From assembly GCA_018056375.1 (NCBI GenBank), contig JAGPFQ010000001.1:598137-644853 (forward strand): a stretch of DNA of 46,717 bases, written 5' to 3'. Position numbers and translations under genes: made by a program. The first letter of the stretch is position 1, and every line of letters starts with the position of its first letter. Origin of the DNA: Candidatus Dojkabacteria bacterium. GTDB taxonomy: Bacteria > Patescibacteriota > Dojkabacteria > SC72. This document shows, in pieces, positions 44,776 through 46,717 of the stretch. The notes beneath the pieces were generated by a model. It did no database searches and had not been told where the DNA came from. It saw only the letters and a list, made by a program, of their open reading frames with translations.

Positions 44776-46717
44776 ATGCAAAAAGAAATATCTAAAACAT
44801 TTGATTCGAATAAGTGCGAACCAGAAATATATCAGCTTTGGGAGAAATCTGGACTTTCAAATCCGGATGTTATGAGGGAATATTTAGAGAAAGAAGGTTG
44901 TAAGGTTGAATCTCCTTTTACAATTACACTTCCTCCACCTAATGCCAATGGTACGCCCCATTTAGGTCATATGTGTGGCTATGCTTTCCATGATGTTATT
45001 GGTAGATATAACAGAATGACTGGTCATCCAACACTTCTACTACCAGGAAAAGACCATGCTGGAATTCAAACGGAAGTAGTATTTACAAAACTCTTACAGT
45101 CAAGGGGGATAGATAAGCAAGAGATGGGAAGAGAGGAGTTTTACAAACAGTGCTATGAATTCTGTATTGCGAATATGAAAGAAGCTAGGGAATATGAACA
45201 GAGAATTGGTCTTTCTGCAGACTTTTCAAGAGAGATTTTCACATTGGATGAGAGATTAACAAAGATAGTGTACGGAACTTTTTACAAGATGTACGAAGAT
45301 GGTTTGGTGTATAGAGATAAAAGAATTATTAATCAGTGTCCAAGTTGCAAGACTGCTTTGGCTGATATTGATACAGAACATGAGGAAAGAAGAGGTGTTT
45401 TTGCATATATAATCTATCCTTTTGTTGATGGGGAGGATAAAAAGTTGGCAAAAGAAAAACTCGGAGTAGAAGGCATTACAATTGCAACAACAAGACCTGA
45501 AACAATGTTGGGAGATACTGCTGTAGCTGTAAACCCAAATGATGGGAGATACAAGGAATTTATCGGTAAAAAAGTTCTTCTTCCGATTGCAAATAGAGAA
45601 ATTCCAGTGATTGCAGAGGAAGAAACAGATATTGAGACAGGAACAGGTGCATTGAAGATAACGCCAGCTCATTCTCCAATAGACTTTGAGGTAGGGAAGA
45701 AACACGATTTGTCAATAGTGAATGTAATTGATGAAGATGCAAAGATGACAGGTGATATTCCAGAGAGGTTTAAGGGGATGGGAACAATTGATTGTTCTAA
45801 AGCTTTGGTAAAGGAGCTAGATGAAATGGGTCTTCTTGTTAAAATTGAGAATATTAAGCATGAGGTAACAATTTGTGAGAGGTGTAAAACAGCTATCGAA
45901 CCTATTATCTCCAACCAATGGTATGTAAATGTTGAATCTTTAGCAGAAAAAGCTTTAGAAGCTCTTAAAAATGGAGATATTAAGGTTGTACCTTCTGGGC
46001 AGCAAAAAGCCTTGGAATATTTTTACGGAAATATTCAACCTTGGTGTATTTCAAGGCAGTTGTGGTGGGGGCAAAGAATTCCTGTTTGGTATAGCGGTGG
46101 TAAGAAAATGTTTGATTGGCTTAATGAAAACAAAGGTAAGAGTGTTCAGGATTTTGAAAAAGAATTTAATACAAAAGCCACAGGAAGAGGAGAGATATTC
46201 TTAGGTGAAAATATGCCGGAGTCACAAAATGGTGAAATTTGGGAACAGGAAACAGATGTTTTTGATACTTGGTTTAGTTCTGGTCAATGGCCATACACCA
46301 CTCTTGGTGGTCCAGATGGTGAAGATTTCAAGAAATACTACCCAACACAGATGATGATTCATGGGAGAGATATTCTCTTTTGGTGGACAGCTAGAATGTT
46401 AATGTTTGGTCTTTACAGAACGGATCAGGTTCCATATTCTTTGGCTTTGTTAACAGGGATAATACTTGCACCTGATGGTTCTAAAATGTCTAAATCTAAA
46501 GGAAACGGCGTTGAACCTAGTGAAGTTTTTGAAAAATATGGTGCGGATGCTTTGAGAATGTGGTACTACTCTGATGCACTACCAGGGTCAAATTCTCCAC
46601 TGAGAGAGGAGAAGATCAAAGGAAACAGGAATTTTGTTACAAAGATTTGGAATGCAAGTAGATTTATCTTAATGAATATTAATGATTCTGAGGTTGAAGC
46701 AATTGCTAATGCTAAAG
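44776..46717 (+). CDS. valS: Valyl-tRNA synthetase (3'-truncated by window edge; absent from ORF track)
   Basis: Manual translation from ATG 44776: PPPNANGTPHLGH, DHAGIQTE, TTRPETMLGDTAVAV, GTGALKITPAH, WCISRQLWWGQRIP, DTWFSSGQWP, KMSKSKGN. Confidence 0.95.
   Translation, partial: MQKEISKTFDSNKCEPEIYQLWEKSGLSNPDVMREYLEKEGCKVESPFTITLPPPNANGTPHLGHMCGYAFHDVIGRYNRMTGHPTLLLPGKDHAGIQTEVVFTKLLQSRGIDKQEMGREEFYKQCYEFCIANMKEAREYEQRIGLSADFSREIFTLDERLTKIVYGTFYKMYEDGLVYRDKRIINQCPSCKTALADIDTEHEERRGVFAYIIYPFVDGEDKKLAKEKLGVEGITIATTRPETMLGDTAVAVNPNDGRYKEFIGKKVLLPIANREIPVIAEEETDIETGTGALKITPAHSPIDFEVGKKHDLSIVNVIDEDAKMTGDIPERFKGMGTIDCSKALVKELDEMGLLVKIENIKHEVTICERCKTAIEPIISNQWYVNVESLAEKALEALKNGDIKVVPSGQQKALEYFYGNIQPWCISRQLWWGQRIPVWYSGGKKMFDWLNENKGKSVQDFEKEFNTKATGRGEIFLGENMPESQNGEIWEQETDVFDTWFSSGQWPYTTLGGPDGEDFKKYYPTQMMIHGRDILFWWTARMLMFGLYRTDQVPYSLALLTGIILAPDGSKMSKSKGNGVEPSEVFEKYGADALRMWYYSDALPGSNSPLREEKIKGNRNFVTKIWNASRFILMNINDSEVEAIANAK

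Noticed and set aside
44920-44975. IleRS instead of ValRS because of the PPPNANG…HLGH motif
   Set aside because: All downstream motifs (DHAGI, WCISRQLWWG, DTWFSS, GTGALKITPAH) are ValRS-type.
261-46204. Short opposite-strand or nested ORFs in the track (e.g. 261..677, 1221..1721, 2790..3014, 3824..4234, 12197..12589, 22392..22730, 43088..43414, 44569..44781, 45256..45705)
   Set aside because: They are antisense shadows of well-supported genes, typically Ser/Phe/Leu-rich mirrors of Lys/Glu-rich coding strands.
1-46717. CRISPR array, diversity-generating retroelement, alternative genetic code
   Set aside because: No regularly spaced repeats, no reverse transcriptase or TR/VR pair seen. Long ORFs read without in-frame TGA or TAG, and both act as stops.

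Overview
AT-rich bacterial chromosome segment, standard genetic code, spanning the replication origin. It contains dnaN - oriC - dnaA on the minus strand, divergent from rpmH-rnpA-yidD-yidC-jag. Core genes are hisS, valS (runs off the right edge), rnj, a TrmH-family methylase, CIRCE-controlled hsp20, tmRNA (ssrA), two tRNA-Ser and one tRNA-Arg. There is a type IV pilus assembly operon (major pilin, PilB, PilC, four minor pilins including a 647-aa LVIVD beta-propeller pilin, PilD) and many orphan proteins, including a 1750-aa giant. Gene content and streamlining suggest a Patescibacteria/CPR organism (inference; no marker search run). I saw no CRISPR array, integrase, transposase or reverse transcriptase. 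The most interesting signals lie outside the ORF track: (i) a putative thiol-redox operon whose cytosolic gene appears split by a +1 frame break just before a C-terminal DCCLE tail; (ii) a leaderless 40-aa coiled-coil uORF ATGA-coupled to the giant gene; (iii) many -10 boxes placed 5-6 or 9 nt before start codons (leaderless or near-leaderless mRNAs); (iv) a promoter-hairpin-U-tract unit between yidD and yidC; (v) a non-phosphorylatable response regulator next to oriC; (vi) an FtsA-like ATPase paired with a baseplate-J-like membrane protein; (vii) two small orphan paralog families.
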